From the NCBI GenBank assembly GCA_963822965.1, contig CAWGJT010000005.1, positions 1-64,000 on the forward strand: a stretch of DNA of 64,000 nucleotides. The letters are read 5' to 3'. This stretch comes from an uncultured delta proteobacterium (GTDB taxonomy: Bacteria; Myxococcota_A; UBA9160; UBA4427). Below are positions 1-10,149 of the stretch, in pieces. Position 1 is the first letter of the stretch. Every line of letters starts with the position of its first letter. The notes below the pieces were generated by a model. The model had not been told where the DNA came from. It worked only from the letters and a program-made list of their open reading frames with translations, and ran no database searches. The translations under genes were made by a program, and so were the position numbers.

Positions 1-849
1 GACGCCCTTGCGGAAGGTCTCGGTGCGGAAGACGTCGTCCACCACGCGACCGAAGGGCAGCGCGATGCGCGCGTCGAGCGGCGCGGCCAGATGTCCCCGG
101 CGCGCCACGAAGTCGTGACCCGCGCTGGGCTGGTCGGGCGCGCGGGCGGCGCTGCCCAGGGCGGCCAGGGTCTCCTCCAGCGCGCGCGCGGCCTTCTCGA
201 GCTCGACCAGCAGGGCGCGCTCCTGGGTTCGGTCGTGGCGCACCCGCGCCAGCAGGTCGTGTCGCACGCGGCGCTCCGCGCGCAGCTCGTCCGATCGCGC
301 CGCCAGCTTCGACGCGGTCTCGTCGCGCATCTTCGCGGCCACCGTCGCCTGGCTCTCGAGCTCCTCGTAGGCCACGAGCTCCGTGCGATAGCGCTCCACG
401 AGCCGCGCGTCGTACGCCACGAAGGTCTGCAGCGCGGACGCGCGCTCGAGCATCTCGGGCACCGTGTCCGACGCGAAGAGGAAGCGCACCGGACCCACCT
501 CGCCGGCCTTGTAGAGAGCCACCACCCGGCGCGACATCGCCCGGCGGGTGACGTCCAGGCTCTTGCGCGCTTCGCGGCTCTTGCGCAGGAAGAGCTCGGC
601 GCGCTCGTGCGCCTCGCGGGCCTCTTCCCGAACCCGACGCACCTCGCGGGTGAGCGCGTCGAGCAGCCGGTCGCTCTCCTCGAGCTGCACCAGCAGCGCC
701 CGCTCCTGGCGTTCGTGGCTTCCCACCCGCTCGCGGGCCTCGAGGATGGCGCTGCGCAGCTCGTCGAGGTCGGGCTCGTCCGCGGCGCGGGAAGACGACG
801 GCCCGAGCAGCGAGACCAGCAGCAGCAGCGCGGCGAAGCGACGGCTCAC
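1..849 (-). CDS. envC: Murein hydrolase activator EnvC-like protein (signal peptide, coiled coil, start of M23 domain); 3'-partial
   Basis: GTG at 849 overlaps the ftsX stop; signal peptide VSRRFAALLLLVSLL; long E/R/A coiled coil; FGRVVDDVFRTETFRKGV at the window edge is typical of the M23 domain start; lies downstream of ftsEX. Confidence 0.8.
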   Translation of the reverse strand, partial: MSRRFAALLLLVSLLGPSSSRAADEPDLDELRSAILEARERVGSHERQERALLVQLEESDRLLDALTREVRRVREEAREAHERAELFLRKSREARKSLDVTRRAMSRRVVALYKAGEVGPVRFLFASDTVPEMLERASALQTFVAYDARLVERYRTELVAYEELESQATVAAKMRDETASKLAARSDELRAERRVRHDLLARVRHDRTQERALLVELEKAARALEETLAALGSAARAPDQPSAGHDFVARRGHLAAPLDARIALPFGRVVDDVFRTETFRKGV

Positions 850-1748
850 GATCCGGTCCGCCAGCCGAGCAGGGCCGTGATCGAGCCCAGGAGCCCGAGC
901 GCGCTGCCGGCCGCCACGAGAAACGCCGATCCCGTACTGGAGAAGAAGTGGGGCTGGGTGTTGCCGAGCAGCAGCTCGAGGCCGTACTCGATGCGCGGCA
1001 GCACGGCCTCGAATCCCGCGAAGAGCAGCCCCAGGGCGATTGCGCCGCCCAGGGCGCCCTGCAGCGTCCCCTCGAGGAGGAACGGGATGCGGACGAACGT
1101 GCGGCTCGCGCCGACCAGAGCCAGGATCTCGAGCTCGTCCGCCCGGGCGTAGACCGCGAGCCGGATGGTGTTCGCGACGATCAGCAGGGCCGCCATGGCG
1201 AGCACGATCCCGAGGGCCAGGCCCCCGCCCGCACCAGCGACGGAAGCGCGCGTAGCCCTCGACCCATTCCTGGCCGTGCGCGAGCTCGTCGATGCCCGGC
1301 AGCCCGGAGAGCGCCGCCACCACGATCGCGATTCCTTCCGGGGTCCGGTGCGCGGGCACCAGGCTCACCTCGATCGAGGCCGGCAGCGGATTCTCTTCGA
1401 GTCCCTCGAGCAGCGCGCCGCCGTCCATGCTCTCGCGGAAGCGCTCGAGCGCCTCTTCCTTGGGGACGAGACGCGCCGTCGCGACGCCTCCACCGTGGCC
1501 GCGCTCTTCGTCAGGGACCGCTGGGCCTCCGGCGACAGGCCCTCGTCGAGATAGGCGGTCACCTGCAGCTCGTCGCCGAAGCGCTCGAGCACGTCGCCCA
1601 TGTTGGCGACGAGCAGACCGAAGGCGCCGCCGAGCAGGAGCGCCACGGCGATCGTCAGGACCGCGACCGCGCTCGTCACGGGGCTCGACCGCAGGCCGTG
1701 GATGCCCGAGCGCAGCAGGGTGAGCGCGATCGCGAAGAAGCGCCTCAC
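846..1748 (-). CDS. ftsX: Cell division permease FtsX (frameshifted in assembly)
   Basis: N-terminal TM SAVAVLTIAVALLLGGAFGLL; C-terminal IVANTIRLAVYARADELEILALVGASRTFVRIPFLLEG signature; split over ORFs 1365..2498 and 846..1205. Confidence 0.92.
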
Positions 1749-2470
1749 AGGGCGGCCCCCACGTCCGGCGTGTCCTCGACGATGCGGCCGCCCTCGAGGC
1801 GGATGGTGCGCTTGCCGTAGCGCTCGATCAGGCTCAGGTCGTGGGTGGCGACGATCACCGTCGTGCCCCGCGTGGCCGCGCTGGCGATCAGGTCCATGAT
1901 CTCGACGGTGAGCTCGGCGTCGAGGTTGCCGGTGGGCTCGTCGGCGAGCAGGATCTCGGGCTCGTTGACGAGCGCCCGCGCGATCGCGACGCGTTGCTGC
2001 TCGCCGCCGGAGAGCGAGAGCGGGTGGTGGTAGCGGCGGTGCTGCAGGCCCACCTGCTTGAGCAGGCGGAAGACCCGGGCGCGCGCCTCCCGGCGCGGCG
2101 TACCGACCACCTCGAGGGCGATGGCGACGTTCTCCTCGACGGTGAGCCGGTTGAGCAGCTTGAAGTCCTGGAACACCACGCCGATGCGCCGCCGCAGCGC
2201 CGGAATGGCCGACTCGCGCAGGCGCGCGATGTTGCGGCCGAGCACCAGGATCTGTCCCTCGTTCGGCCGCTCGGCGGCAAACACCAGCTTCAGCAGGGTG
2301 GTCTTGCCGGCACCGCTCGAGCCGGTCAGGAAGACGAACTCGCCCTTCTTCACCTCGAGGGTGAGGTCGTGCAGCGCGAAGGTGCCCGCGATGTACGACT
2401 TGGAGACGTGGTACATGCGGACCGCGCCGTCGCCCCCGACTCCGGGCGCGGGGCGCTCCCACCGGCTCAC
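1745..2470 (-). CDS. ftsE: Cell division ATP-binding protein FtsE
   Basis: [50 protein letters not shown]; adjacent to ftsX. Confidence 0.95.
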   Translation of the reverse strand: MSRWERPAPGVGGDGAVRMYHVSKSYIAGTFALHDLTLEVKKGEFVFLTGSSGAGKTTLLKLVFAAERPNEGQILVLGRNIARLRESAIPALRRRIGVVFQDFKLLNRLTVEENVAIALEVVGTPRREARARVFRLLKQVGLQHRRYHHPLSLSGGEQQRVAIARALVNEPEILLADEPTGNLDAELTVEIMDLIASAATRGTTVIVATHDLSLIERYGKRTIRLEGGRIVEDTPDVGAAL

Positions 2471-3024
2471 GAGCCGCGACGCTTCCGCTTGCGCGCATTC
2501 TCCACGAGATACTCGAGAACCACCTCGTCGAGGGGCTTCTGGCTCACGACGCCTTCTCCGAATGCGCGATCGAGGCGTTCCGAAGCACCCGCGGCGGGCT
2601 GCGCCGCCCGGGCCGCCGGCCGCGCAGGCGGCGCCGTGGCGGGCGCCGGCGGAACGAGCCGCGCAGAGGTGTCGGTCTCGCTCTCGTCGGGGCAGAGCTC
2701 GGCCTCGTCGGTATCGCTGCGATCCGACGATGCGTTCTGGGAGAAGACCTCGGGACCGAGGCGTTCGAGAATCACGGTGTCGTGCAAGCCGCGCTGGAGG
2801 CGCTTGAGCATGGCCTTGTGCTGGGTCTCCATCAGCTCGCGCACCACCCGCTCGAGATCCGCGGCGCCCAGCTTGTCCGAGTAGTCGAGCTTCTCGGACG
2901 CCAGGATGTTGCCGCCGTGGAAGAGGTGGGTGATGACGTGAGGATTGGAGATCCCGCTGTCCTCGGTCTGGACGTGGAAGAGCACCCCGCGGTAGCGGAA
3001 GTTGTTGTTGAACCCCGAGAGCAT
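2467..3024 (-). CDS. Conserved hypothetical protein heading the ftsEX-envC operon
   Basis: Clean ORF, MLSGFNNNFRYRGVLFHVQTEDSGISNPHVITHLF; stop overlaps the ftsE GTG. Confidence 0.8.
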   Translation of the reverse strand: MLSGFNNNFRYRGVLFHVQTEDSGISNPHVITHLFHGGNILASEKLDYSDKLGAADLERVVRELMETQHKAMLKRLQRGLHDTVILERLGPEVFSQNASSDRSDTDEAELCPDESETDTSARLVPPAPATAPPARPAARAAQPAAGASERLDRAFGEGVVSQKPLDEVVLEYLVENARKRKRRGS

Positions 3025-3092
3025 CCCGGAACTCGTCCCCCAAGACCGAGCCAGACCGAATCCGCGCCGACCCGGAAGGGCCGGCGCGCGTC

Positions 3093-3132
3093 AGTCTAAG
3101 CAATCCTCGCCACAATCCTCTTCCCGATCCTC
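3093..3132 (-). promoter_or_regulatory. Putative -10 (TAGACT) preceded by three GAGGAT(T/C)G direct repeats at 12-bp period
   Basis: caatcctc 3101-3108, caatcctc 3113-3120, cgatcctc 3125-3132; agtcta 3093-3098. Confidence 0.4.
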
Positions 3133-3761
3133 TGCCGGACCGGAACCGGGATGTGGAATGCCGTCCGCGCGCGGACGGGCACCCCGTCGTCCCGCCTATC
3201 GGGAATTCGCGTGATGGGCTGAACCCCCGGCGCCGCCCACCCCTCGGGGAGCGCCGGTCCCTCCGGAGCCAGCGCCGGCCCGGGGACCGGCCCCATGGGC
3301 CACGGACCCCCGTAGCGCGCGAGCGGTCGACCCGGACCGCGGCGGGGCGGACCGCTTCCGCACGTCCCCCCGACGCAGACCCGGAGCCCGCGGCCGGACC
3401 CGCCGAGCGTCGCCGACGCGACCGGGCGCCCGGTGGATCCCGGACCGACGTGGCGCGTTCCTTCGCGAAGCGAATCACGAGAGCGTTCCATCCGAAAACG
3501 GAGGTGACACAGTATCGAGACGATACGACGTGCAATTCACAATCGAACCGGGAACCTGTCGAAGATGGACGAGCGTCCAGTGACGCCTTCGATCGCAAGC
3601 GCGCTTGCACCCCGCGTCGAACGACCCCGAGGCAGATTCGCCAGGGGTCGAAACACGACACCGCAAGATGTTCCTCGATCGAATCGGATTGCGCTTGCGG
3701 ACGGACCGCGCCAGCACGGAAGATGGAATCTCCGAACTCCAACAGGCAAGGAGATGACACC

Positions 3762-5104
3762 GTGCAGGTACGTCGTATCACCACCTTCGTCGCATTCGCG
3801 CTCTGCTTCTTTCACGCCTCGAGCGGCTTCGCTTTACCCGACGCGAACGAGAAGATCATCCTCGTCCGGAAGGACTGCTCGAGCACCGGCACGACGCCGG
3901 ACAACTGCTTCGACACCATCACCGCGGCGCTGTCGTGGACGTGGGGAACGCGCGTCCCCACCGCTGCGGACCCCCTCGAGATGGACATCGGCCCGGGCGT
4001 CTGGGCCGAGAACTGGAACTGCACCGACAACGGCTTCGTCTCGGTCCGGGGCGCGGGGCGAGAGGTGACGAAGATCGTCGGCGGATCGGGCTCCCGCCCC
4101 GCCGACATCCTCCGGTGCACCGATCTCGAGTTCTCGGATCTCACCTTCGAACACGCCGACATCGCCGTGCGATGGATGGGGGAGGAAACTCGACCTGGAC
4201 GGACGTCAACATCGTCTCGACAGGAGGCGGCACCTCGAACTTCCAGGGCGCCTGGGCCGACGATGTCTGCGACGCCGCCAATGGAATCGCCACCCACTAC
4301 TTCTTCGGCGTCCGGATGCGTTCCCGCGCGGAGCGCTCGACCCTCTATCCGCCGTTCGTCTTCTGGGGCGAGTGCTCGGACCACTGGTTCTACGGGGGAG
4401 AGATCTTCTGGGACGCCTCGGGCTTCGCCGACGTGGCAGCCCCTGCGGCCGCCCGGGGCGCGGCGGTGCTGGTGGGCCACGATTCGACCGTCCACCTGTT
4501 CGGAACCTCGCTCAACGTGCGGGTGGACCAGACCGCCAACGCGCTCGGGGGAAGCCTCGTGGCCGTCCAGACGGACGCCGACACCTTCGGCAACGGCGGC
4601 CCCTCGGCCTTCCACATGCACGGGGGGATCATCAACATCACGGTCTCCAACAGCGCCTCGCTGAAGAGCAACTTCGACGTCACCAGTCTCTGGGGGAACA
4701 GCGACGGCTCGCTCATCCACGTGATCGACACCGCCTTCGCGTTGAACGTGCCTTCGACGATCCCGGCCTACCGCATCTACGAGAGCGCGGGAGCCAAGGT
4801 GCTGTCCCCCTTCCAGTGGCAGTCGGGCGCTCTGCCGCCCGTGGCGACGAGCGAGGCGAACGTCCTGAACAGCGACGACGGTCAGGACACCTTCATCGAG
4901 ACCGACTGCAACGCGGATGGAGACTGCACCGGCGGGAGCGAATCGCACCTGATGGTGTACAACGGCACCGTCTGCACGGACTCCGCGAACCCGTGGCTCG
5001 ACACGATCACGGGACGCTGCCGGAACGACACCACCGACCCGGTCGCGGACGCGATCGCCGACCTCGAGGACCGCGTGTCGGCGCTGGAGGCGCTGCACCC
5101 GTAG
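3762..5104 (+). CDS. Secreted Cys-containing hypothetical protein, probable beta-helix-like fold with C-terminal coiled coil (one frameshift near 4180)
   Basis: AAGGAG RBS then GTG; signal peptide VQVRRITTFVAFALCFFHASSGFA; DIGPGVW...VSVRGAGREVTKI motif; frames 3153..4664 and 3935..5104 join at a G-run. Confidence 0.7.
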
Positions 5105-5114
5105 CAGCGCCGCC

Positions 5115-5170
5115 CCGGGGACCCGGGCGGGAGGCCTTCCACGGAAGGCTCCCCGCCCGGGCGACCCCGG
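5115..5170. terminator. Long GC hairpin between convergent genes
   Basis: cccgggcgggaggccttcc-ac-ggaaggctccccgcccggg imperfect inverted repeat. Confidence 0.5.
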
Positions 5171-5970
5171 TCACGACCTCGCCGAGCTCGTCACCGGGGA
5201 CCCACCGATCCATCGGTCCCCGGCTGCGGCCGAAGGCCCGACACCGCGGATGCGGCCGGTCCTTCCGCCCCGGCGGGCCAGCAGCAGACCGGCCGCCAGG
5301 GCCGTCGTCATCGACAGGCCGGTCCCGGGCTCGGGCACGCTCAGCGGGGCCGTCCCCGGTGTGGGGACATCGAGCACCGCGAAGTCGAGCCGCGTTGTCG
5401 TCCGTGTCCACGTCCGCCCACCAGCGGGCGATGCTGCTGCCGGCCGAGGGATCCGCCGCCGGGCTGCCCTCGCCGGCGAAGACGTCGCCGGCGCCGAAGG
5501 CCCCGTAGCCCACGGCGTCCAGCACCCCGGCTCGCGTCTCGCAGGACCACCGAGTCCGGGCCGTTCTGGAAGTCGAAGTCCGCGAGCCCGTCCGCGCCGG
5601 GCACGAGGGTCGTCCCGCCGCCATCGACGTCGGCGAGCACGAAGAGCCCGTCGGCCGGGAACACGCCCGAGAGCGCGATGCTGACGGTCACCCCGCCGCC
5701 CGAGCCGTTCACGCCCTCGAGGACGAGCCCGTCGAGCGAGCCGCCAGGCGTGCCGTACAGCTCGACGAACGACTGGCCGTCGTCACCGCCGACCCCGTCG
5801 TAGAACAGCTCGGAGATGAGCGGGAAGGCGCGGGCCGGAGCACCGGCGAGAAGAAGGACGAGGACCAGCCCCGTCACGAAGGGAGGCAGCCAGGAGGAGA
5901 GAAGGGAGTAGAGAAGGGAGTAGAGAAGGGAGTGAAGATGAGAGGGAGAGCGGAGCGCGAAGCGGTTCAA
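5171..5970 (-). CDS. Lamin-tail-domain protein with PEP-CTERM sorting signal (frameshifted)
   Basis: PLISELFYD...FVELY, FQNGPDSVVL, LDAVGYG, SSIARW.DVDTDDNAADF..PTPG; ends VPEPGT + TM + RR. Confidence 0.8.
5898..5933. repeat. 12-bp tandem repeat (AGAGAAGGGAGT) x3
   Basis: Three exact copies encoding SLLY repeats in the N-terminal region of the LTD protein. Confidence 0.9.
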
Positions 5971-7787
5971 GGTCGTTCCTCTGGATTCGGGCGCGGCCCG
6001 AGCGGGGGGTGAACGGGAAGAGAGGTCTCGTCCGGGGCCGGGCGGCTGCGACTGAACCAGCCGCCCGTCCAGGCGTCGAGACCGGCTGCGAGCTCTGCCG
6101 CCCGCAGCTCGAGGGCGCGGACGTCGCTCGCCGGGTCACCGGTCCGCAGCTTCTCCAGCAGCCCGCGCCTCTCGAAGTACATCTGGTTGATCTCGTCGAT
6201 CACGTTGTCGCGCAGACTCACCACCAGGCGGTGCTCGCGCGAGATCTCGATGGCGTCGTCGTCGAACGCGAGACCGGGCAGGTCCCAGGTCATGACCAGG
6301 GACGCCTCGAGATCCAGGCTGTGGTCCTTGTCGTGATCCGTGAGCAGGTAGCGGTCACCCGAGCTGACGGCGTCGTCCCAGTCCCGTCCCCAGCTGCGGT
6401 CCCGGGCGCCCGCCACGCGCAGGCTGAGGCTCGGGATCCAGCCGCGGACCGAGAGCCCGTCCCAGAGCGAGCGCATGCGCGCGGGACCGAGGTCGAGGTA
6501 GCGGAGCGCCGCTGCCTGGACGGCCCGAATGTCGGGATCCCTCGGCGTCGGCCGCCTCACCGCGGGCGGCGGCTGGCTGGGCAGCTCGACCCGGGCGCGC
6601 AGGACGGGCGCGCCCTGCAACAGGCCCAGCGGGCCCACTGCGAGCAGGCCGTCGCCTGCGCGGGTCACCGCCACGGCCCGGACACTCGTGCTTCCCGCCG
6701 GGGCGCCCGTACGCCGCCACGGCCCGCCCACGCGCGGCGCCTGCAGCAGCCCCTGGTCCGTCGCGAGCCACACCCGCCCGGCCCCCGCCACCAGTCGGCG
6801 CGCAACGCTGCCCGGCGGCAGAACCGGGCGCAGCACCCGGAACGAGCCGACCTCCGGCTGCAGCACGGCGAGGACGCGCGAGTAGACGACGGCCACGGAC
6901 GCGCCCGGCAGGTCCAGGACGATGTCCCCCGGCACCTCGCCGGTCGGTGCGCCGGGCACGGACACGCGGCGTGCGTCGACCAGCTCGAGCCGCGAGCCGT
7001 CCCGGACGAGCAGAGCACGCCAGACGTCGCTCCCGACGGCGAGCCACAGCTCGCGCTCACCCGCGGCCTCCTTCGGCCGCCACGCGAGGGCGGTTACCGG
7101 GTCGTTCGGAAGCCCGTCGGCCAGCCGCTGCCACGACCGTCCGTCCGCCGACACGAACGCGCCTGCATCCGAGGCGACCGCCACGGCGCCGCGAGAGGCC
7201 GCGACCCGGCGCACCGCCTGAGCGCCCTCACCCGGGGCCGGCGGACGCGGCGACAGCCGACCGTCCGGCGAGAGGCTCCACAGGCCGGTGAGCGACGCGA
7301 TCCACAGCGAGCCGTCTCGCGCGAAGGCGAGATCGGTGACCCCCTCGACGCGGGCCACGAATCGGAACGCGCCGTTGCCATCGCGCAGGGAGACCCCGGC
7401 CAGGTCCGCCACCGCCACCCGCGACGCATCCGTGGTCACCGCCCCGGCGACGGCCACGGCGAGCAGGCCGTCGCCCTGCCCGCTCGCGCTCACGGGGAGT
7501 CGTCTCCAGCGCCAGCTCGGGGCGTCCCGGTCGAGCCCGACATCGGGCGTGGCCCGTGGCGCGATCGGCGCCGCGAAGGCACCGCCCGCGGCCAGCAGCC
7601 ACAGGAGCAGCAGCCACAGGAGCAGCAGCCAGGGTCCGCGCGAGCGACCGCTGCGCGCGCTCGGCTTGCTGGGCCTGCTCGGCCTGCCTGGTCTTTCCGT
7701 CGTCCGTTCCGTCGCCACGGCGACGCGCTGACGCAAGTTGCGTGCCGCGAATCGACGCCCCTGCGGAGCGCCCGGGCTCACGCGCAC
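5967..7787 (-). CDS. Exported protein: beta-propeller-like repeats plus a C-terminal outer-membrane-type domain
   Basis: TM/signal LLLLWLLLLWLLAAGGAFA; repeats VTDLAFARDGSLWIASLTGLW and RVWLATDQGL; C-terminus ...MYFERRGL...LDAWTGGWFSR; start uncertain. Confidence 0.65.
   Translation of the reverse strand: MRVSPGAPQGRRFAARNLRQRVAVATERTTERPGRPSRPSKPSARSGRSRGPWLLLLWLLLLWLLAAGGAFAAPIAPRATPDVGLDRDAPSWRWRRLPVSASGQGDGLLAVAVAGAVTTDASRVAVADLAGVSLRDGNGAFRFVARVEGVTDLAFARDGSLWIASLTGLWSLSPDGRLSPRPPAPGEGAQAVRRVAASRGAVAVASDAGAFVSADGRSWQRLADGLPNDPVTALAWRPKEAAGERELWLAVGSDVWRALLVRDGSRLELVDARRVSVPGAPTGEVPGDIVLDLPGASVAVVYSRVLAVLQPEVGSFRVLRPVLPPGSVARRLVAGAGRVWLATDQGLLQAPRVGGPWRRTGAPAGSTSVRAVAVTRAGDGLLAVGPLGLLQGAPVLRARVELPSQPPPAVRRPTPRDPDIRAVQAAALRYLDLGPARMRSLWDGLSVRGWIPSLSLRVAGARDRSWGRDWDDAVSSGDRYLLTDHDKDHSLDLEASLVMTWDLPGLAFDDDAIEISREHRLVVSLRDNVIDEINQMYFERRGLLEKLRTGDPASDVRALELRAAELAAGLDAWTGGWFSRSRPAPDETSLPVHPPLGPRPNPEERP
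7593..7631. repeat. 15-bp tandem repeat (CAGCAGCCACAGGAG), about 2.6 copies
   Basis: Direct reading; encodes LLLWL repeats in the signal/TM segment. Confidence 0.85.
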
Positions 7788-7877
7788 GGCCCGCGCGAGG
7801 CCTTCATGAAGAGGGACGGTGGATCGCCGTCCTCACTCCCCACGCGGCCGCTCATGCACGGATTCGGCGAGCTGCCT

Positions 7878-8432
7878 TCAGTCCGGCCCCGGCGAGCGGT
7901 ACGTGAGGCGCCAGGCGCACTCGGTCTGGCCGCGGAGGACACAGGATTCCTTGTGGACGCGGATGTCGGTCACGCCCTCGACCCTAAGGGTCTCCGCCAG
8001 GTAGCCGCCGAGAATCCCGCACATGGTCTCCGAGGGCAGGGCGTAGTCCCGCACCGTCATGCGTCTCACGCCGGGCCCCTCGCGCGTGACCTCGAAGCGC
8101 CCGCTGTCGTGCTGGCTCGACCAGAGCGCGAAGGCGCGCACCGCGATCTCGCCCGGGCCGCCGCCAGACAGGTGCGCGTACACACCCTCGAGATGCCCGC
8201 GGGCGCTCTGCGCGCCGAGCGCCTCCAGCACCTGCGGACGCCCACCCGGAATCATCGGCACCACCGCCTCCAGCAGCCCCAGCAGGTCTTCCTCGGGATA
8301 CCAGCGCGACTCGGCGACGCGCTCCTCCAGGTAGTGGTGGAGATTCGGGGGCAGGAGCTCCCGCGCCTGCTGTCTGTGCTTGCGCAGGAAGCGCACCGCG
8401 CCGATCAGGGTCGTCCCTTTCGCCTTGGCCAT
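7878..8432 (-). CDS. Myxobacterial TIGR02265/DUF2378-like protein (V4R/H-NOX-like fold)
   Basis: MAKAKGTTLIGAVRFL...SRWYP...W..HDSG; C-terminal C-x5-6-C (SCVLRGQTEC). Confidence 0.6.
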   Translation of the reverse strand: MAKAKGTTLIGAVRFLRKHRQQARELLPPNLHHYLEERVAESRWYPEEDLLGLLEAVVPMIPGGRPQVLEALGAQSARGHLEGVYAHLSGGGPGEIAVRAFALWSSQHDSGRFEVTREGPGVRRMTVRDYALPSETMCGILGGYLAETLRVEGVTDIRVHKESCVLRGQTECAWRLTYRSPGPD

Positions 8433-8623
8433 GGCCGTTCTCCTCGGCGACCTTCTGGGTCTTCTTCGGCGCGAGCCGCGCGGGGCCTGAGCCGGGGGAC
8501 GCGGGCCTGCCCCAGGCCAGCCCAGACCCTCGCGTAAGATTTCTCCAAGCGTGGGCGCGGCCGCCGATGCAGCCTGAGCCCGGGCCATCGCCCGAAGATT
8601 CGAGACCCGGAGGACGCCCACGG

Positions 8624-9044
8624 ATGACGCACACGCCGATTCCGGAAGGCTGGCACAGCGTGACCCCGAGACTGGTCGTGCACGGCGTGCAGGAGCTGGT
8701 CGTCGTTCCTGCAGCGTGTGTTCCTCGCGCAGGGAGAGTTCCACGCGGACGGCCCCTCGACCCTTCGCATCGGCGACTCGCTCGTGATGGTGAGCGACGC
8801 CGCGGCGCGGGGCGCCGCGATGCCGGCCTGCCTCTATGTCTACGTGGACGACGTGGACGCGGTATTCGAGCGGGCTCGTCGCGCAGGAGCGAAGACGATC
8901 GAGGCGCCCCGGGAGCTGCACTACGGCGATCGCCGCGCGATGGTGGAGGATCCGTTCGGGAACCAGTGGCAGATCGCGACCCCCACCCAGGACGTCTCGC
9001 CGGAAGAGGCTCACCGCCGACTGGCGGCGGCGCGGCGCACCTGA
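8624..9044 (+). CDS. VOC/glyoxalase (PhnB-like) protein (frameshift near 8700)
   Basis: IPEGWHSVTPRLVV; LYVYVDDVDAVFERARRAGA; YGDRRAMVEDPFGNQWQIAT. Confidence 0.9.
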
Positions 9045-9124
9045 GCCCTGCGGCGCGCGCACGCGGACGTCCTCGTCCCGGCGACCCTTGCCAGGCCGCC
9101 GCCCGGCGTGGTTGACTCTCTCCG

Positions 9125-9952
9125 GTGACTCCGCCCCACGAGCCTCGCATCGTCCAGCGCCCCCCGGCTTCGCCGGTGCTGCGCCCCTTCGTCGAGGGGC
9201 TCTGGCACTTCACGGGCGATCTCGCGCACGCGCACGAGCGCATCCTGCCCACCGGCAGCATGCAGCTGCTCGTCAACCTCTACGAGGACGAGCTGCGGAC
9301 CTACGAGGGAGAGGGATTCGCACGCGCGCAGCGGATCCGCGGGGCCGCACTCTCGGGCGCGTATGCAAGGCCCTTCGGGATCGACACCCGGGAGCAGCGC
9401 CACATCGTCGGCGTGTCCTTCCGCCCCGGCGGAGCGGCGCCCTTCTTCGCGGCGCCTCCCGGGGCGCTGCGCGACGACCATGTGGAGCTCGATCGGCTCT
9501 GGGACCGCGACGGCGCCGTGCTGCGCGAGCGCCTGCTGGGGGCGGCGAGCCCCGAGGCCGCGCTCGACACCGTCGAGGCGGTGCTGCTCGAGCGCATCGT
9601 GCGTCCGCTCGAGGTGGACAAGCTGGTGGAGTTCTCGGTGGCGGCCCTGGAGCGCGGGGTACCCGTCGCGCGCATCACCGAGCACCTGGGCGTCACGCCG
9701 CGCCGCTTCATCGCCCACTTCCAGGGTGCGGTCGGCCTCACCCCGAAGCGCTTCGGTCGGGTGCGACGCTTCGGGCGCGTGCTGGAGGCGATCGGGGCGG
9801 GTCGGCCGGTCTCGTGGACCCAGGTCGCCCTCTCGTGCGGCTACTTCGACCAGGCCCACCTGATCCACGACTTCCAGGAGTTCTCCGGCATGAACCCCAC
9901 GCGCTATCGGCCCCGCTCGGACGGCGGAAACCACGCCATCGTGGGCGGCTGA
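9125..9952 (+). CDS. AraC-family transcriptional regulator
   Basis: C-terminal HTH VGLTPKRFGRVRRF...WTQVALSCGYFDQAHLIHDFQEFSGMNPT. Confidence 0.92.
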   Translation: MTPPHEPRIVQRPPASPVLRPFVEGLWHFTGDLAHAHERILPTGSMQLLVNLYEDELRTYEGEGFARAQRIRGAALSGAYARPFGIDTREQRHIVGVSFRPGGAAPFFAAPPGALRDDHVELDRLWDRDGAVLRERLLGAASPEAALDTVEAVLLERIVRPLEVDKLVEFSVAALERGVPVARITEHLGVTPRRFIAHFQGAVGLTPKRFGRVRRFGRVLEAIGAGRPVSWTQVALSCGYFDQAHLIHDFQEFSGMNPTRYRPRSDGGNHAIVGG

Positions 9953-10149
9953 GACCGGAGCGCCGACGACGACACCCGACGAGCCGCTGAAATTTTCTAC
10001 AACCGCGGCGTCCCCTCGCGGGGCATGATCGCGAGCGAGCCAGCGCAAGGAGCGGGCGTGGACCGCGAAGCCTCGAAAGCCCTCGAGCCCCCGAGCCCCG
10101 GCGGCGCCGCGCCCGGCGACGCGATCCCGTCCGACGGCGAGGCCGACCC

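Noticed and set aside
91..1152. Long ORFs antisense to real genes (also 6009..8537, 38748..40373, 58895..60811 and others)
   Set aside because: Shadow ORFs expected at high GC; R/A/P/G-rich with no motifs, and the opposite strand carries recognisable genes
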